64,000 nt of DNA from a virus. Positions 51,354-59,361 of the stretch are shown here, one piece after another (within the stretch, counting starts at the first letter, position 1; each line of letters begins with the position of its first letter). The notes beneath the pieces were generated by a model that saw only the letters and a program-made list of their open reading frames with translations, was not told the origin of the DNA and searched no databases. The DNA is taken from positions 22,785 through 86,784 of the IMG/VR virus record IMGVR_UViG_3300028394_000059; one strand, written 5' to 3'. The translations under genes were made by a program, and so were the position numbers.

Positions 51354-51899
51354 ATGAGTATAAAATCCTTTAATGAATTTACCGAAGAAATTGTTAACGA
51401 AAGTGATGTTTATGGTGCTACCGGTAAAACTAAATTTAGTAGATGGTTAAGAAACGTAAATTCCAGAATTAAGCAAGAAATGGGTGATAGCTATTATTCT
51501 AAATATTATGATGATCATAATGACCCATTCAGGACTGCTAAAATGGCAACCAATCTTATACCAAACACTGTTAGATTAATAGCAGGTGCAGGTGCAGCTA
51601 TAGCGGATTTCTTTTCAAAGGGTGATAACAGGGACAGCTTCTCTAAATTGTCCCAATCGGAGCTTAGTGGAAAGAAAAAAGAGGTTATTGACAAATGGGA
51701 GACTGATAACATTGCCAATAAGAAAGTTACTGAAGCTGATGCAGAGAAATTCTATAAATCGGGAGTTCTCAAAGGTAAAAAATATTTTGGTAAAGAATAT
51801 GATCCTGCAAATCCTAAGAATAAAGACGAGGAGATGTACACTGATTACGTTAATGATGTAATGGAGCGTTACCATAAAAAAATGGGAAAGAATGCCTAA
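51354..51899 (+). CDS. Putative internal head protein
   Basis: MSIKSFNEFTEEIVNE capsid-targeting-like N-terminus; central amphipathic segment LIAGAGAAIADFF. Confidence 0.55.
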   Translation: MSIKSFNEFTEEIVNESDVYGATGKTKFSRWLRNVNSRIKQEMGDSYYSKYYDDHNDPFRTAKMATNLIPNTVRLIAGAGAAIADFFSKGDNRDSFSKLSQSELSGKKKEVIDKWETDNIANKKVTEADAEKFYKSGVLKGKKYFGKEYDPANPKNKDEEMYTDYVNDVMERYHKKMGKNA

Positions 51900-52827
51900 T
51901 AAGGTACTAGATTTTAATAGATTTGTTATGCTTTTCGAAGGTGGAGCAGCTATTAAAAGTGCAAGAAGAATTCGTGAGGATGAATTTCCAAAGACACTTG
52001 AAAGCATAAAATCTATATTGTTTCCTATATTGGGAATAGATCAAACAAAAGCTAACGATCAGTACATCATAATAGGAAGCATAGGTAAAAAGAAAAATCC
52101 TGATGACACATCCGGAGATCTTGATCTTGGTATTGATAGTTCATGGTTTGCTAGAGAACATCAGATAACTGTTAAGGATGTTGCATCTCATATTAAGGGC
52201 TTATTGGATGGTGAGAAGCTGTCTGATGCACTTGGATTTGTCCCGGAGATAAATTATCTTAGAGGTTTAAATATAGTTAGTATAGGATGGCCAGTTCAGG
52301 GAGATCCTAATAAAGGTATGGTTCAGCTCGATCTAATACCGATTTCCAGCATGGAATGGGCAGAATTTATATACTACTCACCCAACTATAAGATAGATGA
52401 AAGTAAATATAAGTCAGCACATCGTAATTGGCTTCTAGCAGCAATATTATCTGAAAGAAGACAGATATTAGATAGTGACGAGAATGGTGACGTTATGGAC
52501 TATGATACGCCGGTTTTAATACTAAGTGACGGTCTATTCTGGCACACGAAGTCATATAAAGGGAAGTTGAAAGCAAGATTAAAGAATGCAAAGAAAATCG
52601 AAGGTAGTGAAAGATTTGTAACCAGAAATCCGCATGAGTTTGTAAAATTTGCACTCGGTAGGGAATATGATATAAATGACGTTAAAACTTTTGAGGATCT
52701 TTTAAGAATCATAGAATCGGATGATTTTGATTTACATGGCAGACTATCTGCCATAATCGAAAAATTCAAAGAATATTTAACTAGAGCAAATTTAGAGATA
52801 CCATCCGAAATAAATCAGTTATCTTAA
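51892..52827 (+). CDS. Pol-beta-superfamily nucleotidyltransferase with a capsid-targeting-like leader
   Basis: hGS...DxD motif IIGSIGKK...SGDLDL and third Asp in VQLDL; N-terminus VLDFNRFVMLFE/GG. Confidence 0.75.
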   Translation: MPNKVLDFNRFVMLFEGGAAIKSARRIREDEFPKTLESIKSILFPILGIDQTKANDQYIIIGSIGKKKNPDDTSGDLDLGIDSSWFAREHQITVKDVASHIKGLLDGEKLSDALGFVPEINYLRGLNIVSIGWPVQGDPNKGMVQLDLIPISSMEWAEFIYYSPNYKIDESKYKSAHRNWLLAAILSERRQILDSDENGDVMDYDTPVLILSDGLFWHTKSYKGKLKARLKNAKKIEGSERFVTRNPHEFVKFALGREYDINDVKTFEDLLRIIESDDFDLHGRLSAIIEKFKEYLTRANLEIPSEINQLS

Positions 52828-52828
52828 G

Positions 52829-52836
52829 TATAAATA
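52829..52836 (+). promoter_or_regulatory. TATAAATA (canonical T4 late promoter consensus)
   Basis: Exact octamer in a 24-nt intergenic gap, 23 nt before the ATG at 52852. Confidence 0.5.
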
Positions 52837-52851
52837 GTAAATAAAACAGAT

Positions 52852-54903
52852 ATGTCAGGAATAAGTCATTTATATGATATCTATAATAAGAAGGGGAAGG
52901 AATTCATAGACAACCTATTTAATTCTTATGTGACCGTTAATGAAAAGATGGACGGATCTGCATTTGTGTTTGATAGAGACTTAGAAACTGGAAGATTTAA
53001 TTTTTATAAGAGGGATCAAAGAAACCCAATAACATTAGTGGACAGAACACTGATGAAGTATTATGAAAAGCCGATACAATACATCGAATCTTTACCTCCA
53101 CATATTCTGAAAGAAATTCCTAGAGGATGGAAATTTGGATTGGAGTATTTTTCTAATACACAGCCAGTTGAAATAGCATATGATAGACTTCCTAAAAACA
53201 ATCTTATTCTTTCCTATATACATACAAAAAGTGATGATGGTAAACCATCAAGCACGATACAGAACAAAGAGAAGCTTGATACTTGGGCGGATCTTATCGG
53301 AGTAGAAAGACCACCAATCATTTTCCAGGGTTTATTATCCGAAGAGCAAAAAGAAAGCATATCGGATTTTCTTAGAACACCTTTCGAGGATCTAGTTAAT
53401 GAATACAGGACAAGAAGCTTTGTTAGATATATTATTGGGGTGCTTAATCCTGAAGCTAAGGAGAGCGCTTTAAATGCGGACCTGGATAAGCCTATTGAAG
53501 GTATTGTATTTAGATTTGGCGAGGAAGATTCCGATTCCGAGCCTATATTATCTAAGATGGTTGATCCTGTTTTTACAGAGATGGCTAAGGAGAAAGCTAA
53601 AAAAAGATTCACGGAAAAACCTAGTGATTTTCTGGGTATAACTGTACTTGATGTAATGAACTTCATATTGGAAAGAGGAGTTGATAGCTTTAATGTTGTT
53701 GGTGATACTGAAGATCAAAGATACATCTCATTCATATCCGATGTTTTTGCTAAATTCCTAGACGAGAACGGATACAAATATAAAGGTGCTGATTTCCAGG
53801 AGCCTGATTATTTAAAGAAAGATGAGTTTAGATTGAATAAACCTCTAATAAAGGATAGGAGGGTTTTAAGTTATCTTGAGTCTGATGATTCTTATGAGTC
53901 GTTATTTAAGCTTATCCTAAATTCATTCAGAAAAATAAAGAAAAGAGCTGGTGGTATAATAACTGCTGGTATAATAGACCAATTCAATTTATTGGTCGCT
54001 GATATAGAAAGAGCAGTTTCGGCAAAGAAAACTGCAAAGATACAGGAGTCTAGCATGCCATCATTTATGGATTTCAAAAGAAACAATCTTAGCTCCAAAA
54101 AAGTTGAATACACAACATCCGAAAGTGAGGACATGGCTAAGGTGGATGAAGAATATGATCCTTTCTATTCTTACAATGAGTTTATATCAAAACTAGAAAC
54201 TATAGACACCAAGGATAAACCAAACGTTGAAATAACGGAGGATGAAAAACCAGAGGGGAAAGAGGAAATAAAATTGGAGGACGTTAATCTTGTAATAGGT
54301 AGATTTCAGCCATTTCATAACGGACATCTAAAGATGGTTAAGAAAATGATGGAAAAGAACAATCTGCCTAGCATAATTGCAGTGGTTCATCCGGGACACA
54401 ATAAATCTGGTAAATCTCCATTCAACAAAGATCTTGTATCAAAATACATGGAAAATGTTGTTAAGGAAAGCTCAGGCAAGATACAGGGATTTTTTATGAT
54501 AGACAGAGGATTGCTTGGTGTTATTTATGGCAAGTCTAAAGAGCTTGGTTATCTACCTAAAGCAATAGCTGCTGGTGATGATAAGATAGAGGACTACAAA
54601 AAACAATCAGATTACCTTAAAAAAGCCGGCGGTGATTTTCCCGATGATGTGGAAATAATACAGACCTCCAGATCTGGCAGCGGTACCGAGGTAAGGGAAA
54701 AATTAGCTGAAGAAGACTTTCTTGGTTTTAAAAAATTAGTTCCTCCCGGTGTTTCTGCATTCTATAATCAACTACTATCATCCCAGAGAGGCAAAGATAT
54801 AAAGGAATCTATTGTTATTAATTATCTAAATGAATATGGCGACGAGAAAACTGTAGAGGAAGTTAATAATGAAATAGAAGAAATTAAAAATAACGAACAA
54901 TAA
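52852..54903 (+). CDS. Fusion of an ATP-dependent (RNA) ligase-like domain and an HxGH cytidylyltransferase/NMNAT-like domain
   Basis: Motif I EKMDGS, motif IV EGIVFR and motif V SKMVD in the N-terminal half; GRFQPFHNGH and SGTEVRE in the C-terminal half. Confidence 0.75.
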   Translation: MSGISHLYDIYNKKGKEFIDNLFNSYVTVNEKMDGSAFVFDRDLETGRFNFYKRDQRNPITLVDRTLMKYYEKPIQYIESLPPHILKEIPRGWKFGLEYFSNTQPVEIAYDRLPKNNLILSYIHTKSDDGKPSSTIQNKEKLDTWADLIGVERPPIIFQGLLSEEQKESISDFLRTPFEDLVNEYRTRSFVRYIIGVLNPEAKESALNADLDKPIEGIVFRFGEEDSDSEPILSKMVDPVFTEMAKEKAKKRFTEKPSDFLGITVLDVMNFILERGVDSFNVVGDTEDQRYISFISDVFAKFLDENGYKYKGADFQEPDYLKKDEFRLNKPLIKDRRVLSYLESDDSYESLFKLILNSFRKIKKRAGGIITAGIIDQFNLLVADIERAVSAKKTAKIQESSMPSFMDFKRNNLSSKKVEYTTSESEDMAKVDEEYDPFYSYNEFISKLETIDTKDKPNVEITEDEKPEGKEEIKLEDVNLVIGRFQPFHNGHLKMVKKMMEKNNLPSIIAVVHPGHNKSGKSPFNKDLVSKYMENVVKESSGKIQGFFMIDRGLLGVIYGKSKELGYLPKAIAAGDDKIEDYKKQSDYLKKAGGDFPDDVEIIQTSRSGSGTEVREKLAEEDFLGFKKLVPPGVSAFYNQLLSSQRGKDIKESIVINYLNEYGDEKTVEEVNNEIEEIKNNEQ

Positions 54904-54904
54904 A

Positions 54905-55450
54905 ATGACAAAAATTGTAGAATCATTCGATCAATTTATTGGTAGAATGAACGAATCTGACGGATTTGGTACATCCCCCTTTCTATTAGAAAAAATCGGT
55001 GATGTATACCACTATTTCTTTAATATAGATAAAGAGAAAAGTGACAATCAGAGTGGATTTCATCTAATTGTAGGTAAATATTCGGATCATGAGGTAATAG
55101 AAGGTCCAAAGAATTCCTACTGTGTATTAACAATAAATCAAATGTCACCGGAGCTTATAGATGATATCGCTGTTGACAAGAAGGAAATACCCCAAACTAA
55201 TTCTGATAAGTTTAAGATGGAAGGCAACGAGATATCTAGACTTATGGAAACTGTATTTAAGTGCGTTAATAGCTATTTGGAAGCAAATCCAAAGATTAGT
55301 AGAATGTATGATGAAATGCAAGATAATCTTGAATTTTCTGGTAAGGGCGAGTATATGGAGTATATGAAGTCCATAGCAATATCACAATTAGGAAGTAATT
55401 GGTCAATTCAGAGTGGTTCTAGTAAAAAATCAATTCTTATAAGCAGATAA
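54905..55450 (+). CDS. Putative internal head protein
   Basis: N-terminus MTKIVESFDQFIGRMNE. Confidence 0.55.
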   Translation: MTKIVESFDQFIGRMNESDGFGTSPFLLEKIGDVYHYFFNIDKEKSDNQSGFHLIVGKYSDHEVIEGPKNSYCVLTINQMSPELIDDIAVDKKEIPQTNSDKFKMEGNEISRLMETVFKCVNSYLEANPKISRMYDEMQDNLEFSGKGEYMEYMKSIAISQLGSNWSIQSGSSKKSILISR

Positions 55451-55452
55451 TC

Positions 55453-55483
55453 GGAACAATTAAGTAAAACCAATATATAAATA
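55453..55483 (+). promoter_or_regulatory. Putative GGAAC-N18-TATAAA promoter (also contains TATAAATA at 55476-55483)
   Basis: GGAAC at 55453-55457 and TATAAA at 55476-55481. Confidence 0.55.
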
Positions 55484-55503
55484 TAAATTAAAAACAATTT
55501 AAC

Positions 55504-55683
55504 ATGGAAAAATTCGAACAAATTAAAGCTCTTATCGAGCAAACGCAAGGTGACGCTGAAAAATTCTTCAGTAAAGGAAATGGAACAGCTGGTACTAGGG
55601 TTAGACAAGCTATGCAGGAATTAAAAAAACTTGCTCAGGAAGTTAGAACTGAAGTACAAGAAGCTAAGAATAAAAAAGATTAA
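55504..55683 (+). CDS. Histone H1-like protein (Hc1 family, Bacteroidota type); absent from the ORF track (59 aa)
   Basis: Translated by hand: MEKFEQIKALIEQTQGDAEKFFSKGNGTAGTRVRQAMQELKKLAQEVRTEVQEAKNKKD; KGN.AAGTR.R..MQ.LK..AQ..R signature. Confidence 0.85.
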   Translation: MEKFEQIKALIEQTQGDAEKFFSKGNGTAGTRVRQAMQELKKLAQEVRTEVQEAKNKKD

Positions 55684-55709
55684 TTTATAACCTCTAAAAA
55701 ACAATCTGC

Positions 55710-55943
55710 ATGAGCTATTATTTAGTAAAGGTTAATTTTGAATCTGGTGAAGTTAATAAAGCTGGAGACCCAATTTACAAGAAATCAGAATTTCTTGTTT
55801 CAGGAGACTCAGTAATCGAATGCGAAAAGAAAGTTGCCGAGTATATGGACGGCACTGTCGGAGGATTCGAAACTTTTCAGATCTCTAAAACAAAAATAGA
55901 ATCTGTCATCTATGACAAAGAAAAGTACGAAGATATCATCTAA
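55710..55943 (+). CDS. DUF4494-like small protein
   Basis: YYLVKV.F...G..K...FLV.G.SV.E.E.KV....ISKTKI pattern recalled for DUF4494. Confidence 0.6.
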   Translation: MSYYLVKVNFESGEVNKAGDPIYKKSEFLVSGDSVIECEKKVAEYMDGTVGGFETFQISKTKIESVIYDKEKYEDII

Positions 55944-56172
55944 TCCTGCAGACACAAGCTCTTATGTCCCGCCGCAGTCACCCATAGCTATACAGCCAGG
56001 GGATACAGGATTTACTACTGTCGGCAAAGCCTACAATAGATTTATTTGGACATTCGGAGATTGGAACAAACAGAAAAAGAAGATAATAAATCCCGATACC
56101 AATTGGGACTTAAATTCGAAACCCATGACTGATAAGGAATGGGAAACTAAGAAAAAGGACTTATATTTATAA
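55912..56172 (+). CDS. Hypothetical protein
   Basis: ORF overlapping the previous gene and ending inside the terminator hairpin. Confidence 0.5.
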   Translation: MTKKSTKISSNPADTSSYVPPQSPIAIQPGDTGFTTVGKAYNRFIWTFGDWNKQKKKIINPDTNWDLNSKPMTDKEWETKKKDLYL

Positions 56173-56184
56173 GTCCTTTTTCTT
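56149..56184. terminator. Perfect 17-bp inverted repeat (bidirectional terminator-like)
   Basis: AAGAAAAAGGACTTATA-tt-TATAAGTCCTTTTTCTT. Confidence 0.75.
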
Positions 56185-56186
56185 GT

Positions 56187-56194
56187 GATATATA
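56187..56194 (+). promoter_or_regulatory. GATATATA putative late promoter
   Basis: Octamer 27 nt before the ATG at 56214. Confidence 0.65.
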
Positions 56195-56213
56195 GATGAA
56201 AATATAATTACAG

Positions 56214-56981
56214 ATGTCCAATATTTTATCATTTAATCAATATATATTCGAGGGTAAGGGAGATGCATTTGATCCTTTAATTAATGGTTTTTACAATTCT
56301 ATTAAATCAACGCAGGTTGAGGAATCACCAAGGGGATCCAATAGAGGTCCTAATATTGAACCACTTCAGAAAGGGGTTGGTGTAAGTCCTGGTGATCCTT
56401 GGTGTGCAGCATTTATATATGATGTTTTAATCAAATCCGGATTTTCACAGAATATAAAAAATCAAATACCCAAGGATGCAGCGGTTAGGTTTCACTGGGC
56501 AAATTCAGGAGGTAAAAAGATTGAATATAAGCCTAATATGGATATTAATTCTATCCTTCCCGGGATGGCATTTTTTTATTTAAGTAAAGACGGAAAGACT
56601 GGTGGATATCCTGGTAGCGGTCATACCGGAATAATCCTATCTGTAAATAATGTAGATAAAACATGGACTTCAGTAGAAGGTAATGCTAACCCATTAGATG
56701 GAAGCAGGGAAGGATATGGTACATTCATAGTAACAAGAAAACTCTCGGATCCAAGCATATCGAAAGATCGTAAGGATCACCCGCCGAAGTTGCTAGGTTT
56801 TATAGATTACTTTGCTCCATATAGAAATACCGCGGGATTCACGAAAGCGCTTACATCGAAACTGAAATCTTTAACTAATGAACTATTACCAAAAACCAAT
56901 AATGAAATAGCTTATCTCAAAGCAAAACCTAATGTTCTGAAAGATTACGAACAAAATTATAAAAATAGAAATAAATTATAA
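56214..56981 (+). CDS. CHAP-domain peptidoglycan hydrolase with a capsid-targeting-like leader
   Basis: GSNRGP...PWCAAF...GHTGI...SVEGN; N-terminus ILSFNQYIFE. Confidence 0.8.
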   Translation: MSNILSFNQYIFEGKGDAFDPLINGFYNSIKSTQVEESPRGSNRGPNIEPLQKGVGVSPGDPWCAAFIYDVLIKSGFSQNIKNQIPKDAAVRFHWANSGGKKIEYKPNMDINSILPGMAFFYLSKDGKTGGYPGSGHTGIILSVNNVDKTWTSVEGNANPLDGSREGYGTFIVTRKLSDPSISKDRKDHPPKLLGFIDYFAPYRNTAGFTKALTSKLKSLTNELLPKTNNEIAYLKAKPNVLKDYEQNYKNRNKL

Positions 56982-56985
56982 AAAT

Positions 56986-57351
56986 ATGCCATCGGTAAGT
57001 ACAGCACAGCAAGCACTAATGGGTCAAGCCTATGCAATCAAAATAGGCAAAATGAAACCTGCAGATCTTGATCCGAAATACAGAAAAAGAATACTAGCTA
57101 TTGCAGATAGTATGACTAAGAAGGAACTAGATGCTTTTGCATCAACCAAACACAAGAATCTCCCGCATCACGTTGACGAGGAACTTTCAGTAAGTTTAGA
57201 ACCGGTTACATCCGGTGATATGCCAAAATTCCAACCTAGCGGACCGGGTAAAATAATACCTTTTCTGGACACCGATGCTAAACAAAAAGCAAAGGGTAAA
57301 AAGAATCTTCAGAATCTTAAGGATTACAGAGACTGGATATCTGGAAAATAG
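56986..57351 (+). CDS. DUF3008-like protein
   Basis: MPSVSTAQQ..MG.A...SMT.KEL..FASTKHKNLP. Confidence 0.7.
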   Translation: MPSVSTAQQALMGQAYAIKIGKMKPADLDPKYRKRILAIADSMTKKELDAFASTKHKNLPHHVDEELSVSLEPVTSGDMPKFQPSGPGKIIPFLDTDAKQKAKGKKNLQNLKDYRDWISGK

Positions 57352-57365
57352 GATTTAATTAATAG

Positions 57366-58037
57366 ATGGCAAAGTTTCCAGTATCACCTCGTATCGGGCA
57401 AGCATTCCTTGATAGTAATACCCTCTATGTTTGGAGCGGAAGCCAGTGGATTTATATTAATGATTTTAAAATTAGGGGGGATCTTACGGTAGGTGTGGGT
57501 TCAGGCCCCACTGGAGGAAATATAAATCTGTCTCAGGGCACATCAGGTGGCCTTAGCGGATCCAATGTTAACATTGGTGTCTACTCAAGCAAGATAAGAA
57601 TATTCGAGGATGGTGGTGATTACCGGGGTGTTAATATAGACATCAGCAAGGCACCAGCAGGATCTGGCGGCGAGATCTCGTGGAAAGCTAGCGGAATAAC
57701 AAGCTCTGGATATATAATTTCACTCGGTGATATAGGGGTTCAGCTAAGTACGAGTGGAAATAGAAGTTTCCAGATTAGCACTACTGGGTCTAGTATAACA
57801 TCAATGTCTTCCGGATGGACAGTATATGCAGGTACGTCCACCACACAATACTCAGGACAAAGCACCACTATAACCGGCACAATGACGTATATAAAATCAA
57901 CATTTAATTTCGCAGCTGCTGGTGATACGGTGGTTCATCATATAGTGGACTCGACAAACAGTAGACTTTTCCGAATAACTGGTATTATTGGGGCTTCTTT
58001 TAGTAACAACTATATATGCATCGAGAGACTACACTAG
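57366..58037 (+). CDS. Small fibre/decoration-like virion protein
   Basis: N-terminal FPVSPRIGQ...YVWSGSQW motif common to phage fibres; S/G/T-rich beta body. Confidence 0.55.
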   Translation: MAKFPVSPRIGQAFLDSNTLYVWSGSQWIYINDFKIRGDLTVGVGSGPTGGNINLSQGTSGGLSGSNVNIGVYSSKIRIFEDGGDYRGVNIDISKAPAGSGGEISWKASGITSSGYIISLGDIGVQLSTSGNRSFQISTTGSSITSMSSGWTVYAGTSTTQYSGQSTTITGTMTYIKSTFNFAAAGDTVVHHIVDSTNSRLFRITGIIGASFSNNYICIERLH

Positions 58038-58048
58038 GAAACATTATT

Positions 58049-58056
58049 GATATATA
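58049..58056 (+). promoter_or_regulatory. GATATATA putative late promoter
   Basis: Octamer 12 nt before the ATG at 58061, which would give a near-leaderless mRNA. Confidence 0.55.
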
Positions 58057-58060
58057 GGGA

Positions 58061-58474
58061 ATGAAGAATCTCAAGAAATTTAATGATTATAATCCTGATG
58101 AGGAGTACAAGACAGAGTCTAGAAGATCACTGAATCTTGATTCAATTAGATCCAAAAAGGAATACAAGAGAATAATAGATCTTGGATTCGAAGAGGAGAC
58201 GTCACATCAGCAGGAGATTAATAACACAATGAAATTCATCAGAACTAAGAACAAACAGAAGGAGAAGAATCACGATGATGTTTTTTATACCATCCATCCA
58301 ACCGGAACAGTTCGCAGATATAACCCTATAAAGTCGGAGGAGATTCCACAAGGTAGCGGTAATGATATCAAAAAGTTTATAGAACCTTTTGAAAAACCAA
58401 AGGACTATATCAGAGGACTAAACTATCTTTGGCAATATCTCAAAAGAAAAGAAGCTAACAAAGATTTTAGATAA
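58061..58474 (+). CDS. Putative internal head protein
   Basis: N-terminus MKNLKKFNDY. Confidence 0.55.
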   Translation: MKNLKKFNDYNPDEEYKTESRRSLNLDSIRSKKEYKRIIDLGFEEETSHQQEINNTMKFIRTKNKQKEKNHDDVFYTIHPTGTVRRYNPIKSEEIPQGSGNDIKKFIEPFEKPKDYIRGLNYLWQYLKRKEANKDFR

Positions 58475-58475
58475 T

Positions 58476-58709
58476 ATGAGCGATTGCGGTTGTGGAAATC
58501 CAGACATTTCAGATTATAGGGAAAGAAGCCATTCCAAGGAGGTGAGTCAAATCCTTAATAAATGGGTTTTAGATAATCTTGGAAGAAGACTACTCATACA
58601 GGATCCAATTTATGATATATACAACGATATCATAGGATACATAACAAAAAATTCGGATGGGAATATAGTTAGAATATTTTCTAAGAACATAAAAGAAATA
58701 ATAGATTAA
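58476..58709 (+). CDS. Hypothetical protein
   Basis: ORF tightly packed between its neighbours. Confidence 0.5.
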   Translation: MSDCGCGNPDISDYRERSHSKEVSQILNKWVLDNLGRRLLIQDPIYDIYNDIIGYITKNSDGNIVRIFSKNIKEIID

Positions 58710-58710
58710 T

Positions 58711-59172
58711 ATGTTTTACCCAACACTGAAGAATAGATGCTTAGTTTGCATGAATGACGAGGAGGATGAGATCACTGAAGCAATCAAAGATTGTGACCCT
58801 GATGATGTGGTTGAGATGCTTACTGAATGGCTTAATGAAAAGGGCTATTGTGTAGAAACTAGACAGTTAGATCAATTCCTTGCAGACAAGGGAGTGGTTA
58901 GAAAAATATCAGAGGATGATATGGGAGGTGGAGCACCTGCTGCTGGACTAACTACTCTGGGGAATGTGGGTGGTATGGGTAATCCAACCCCGCCAACAAA
59001 TGACGGTACCAATGCGGGTTTTTATGATGATACCAAATCTGGATCAGGTGATAAGTTCAGTTCACTTACTGTTGGCACACAAGCAGCGGGTTCAAAGAAT
59101 AAGAAAAAGAAGGGGTATAAAAGCCTTATCTCTTATTTGGATTTTGTTGCTAAGAAAGCACCTAAAAAGTAA
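58711..59172 (+). CDS. Hypothetical protein, possibly head-associated
   Basis: ITE/LNE/ISE sites, a G-rich LGNVGGMGN..P...GSGD segment and C-terminal LISYLDF. Confidence 0.5.
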   Translation: MFYPTLKNRCLVCMNDEEDEITEAIKDCDPDDVVEMLTEWLNEKGYCVETRQLDQFLADKGVVRKISEDDMGGGAPAAGLTTLGNVGGMGNPTPPTNDGTNAGFYDDTKSGSGDKFSSLTVGTQAAGSKNKKKKGYKSLISYLDFVAKKAPKK

Positions 59173-59193
59173 TTTAAAAGTTTATATGATGTC

Positions 59194-59219
59194 AAGCCTG
59201 CTTATGCAGGCTTTTTTTT
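59194..59219 (+). terminator. Rho-independent terminator
   Basis: AAGCCTGC-ttat-GCAGGCTT followed by a T run. Confidence 0.85.
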
Positions 59220-59289
59220 GACATTTTGACAAATTAATCCCACGTTTATAGACATTTTGTCATTTATTTTTCTCCGGAATAGATTTTGA
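59219..59289 (+). promoter_or_regulatory. Putative operator/enhancer pair plus a sigma54-like site upstream of dnaK
   Basis: TGACATTTTGACA (59219-59231) and AGACATTTTGTCA (59250-59262), 31 bp apart; GG-N10-GA with TTTG at 59276-59289. Confidence 0.4.
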
Positions 59290-59316
59290 CTTATCCGATT
59301 ATGGAATAATACCAGT

Positions 59317-59345
59317 GAAACCTTCTATAAAGAAGGAAATATAAA
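59317..59345 (+). promoter_or_regulatory. Putative GAAAC-N18-TATAAA promoter
   Basis: GAAAC at 59317-59321 and TATAAA at 59340-59345. Confidence 0.5.
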
Positions 59346-59361
59346 AATAAAAATAAAAAGT

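Noticed and set aside
59321-59336. Small hairpin CCTTCT-ataa-AGAAGG before dnaK
   Set aside because: It has only a 6-bp stem and no T tail; plausible by chance.
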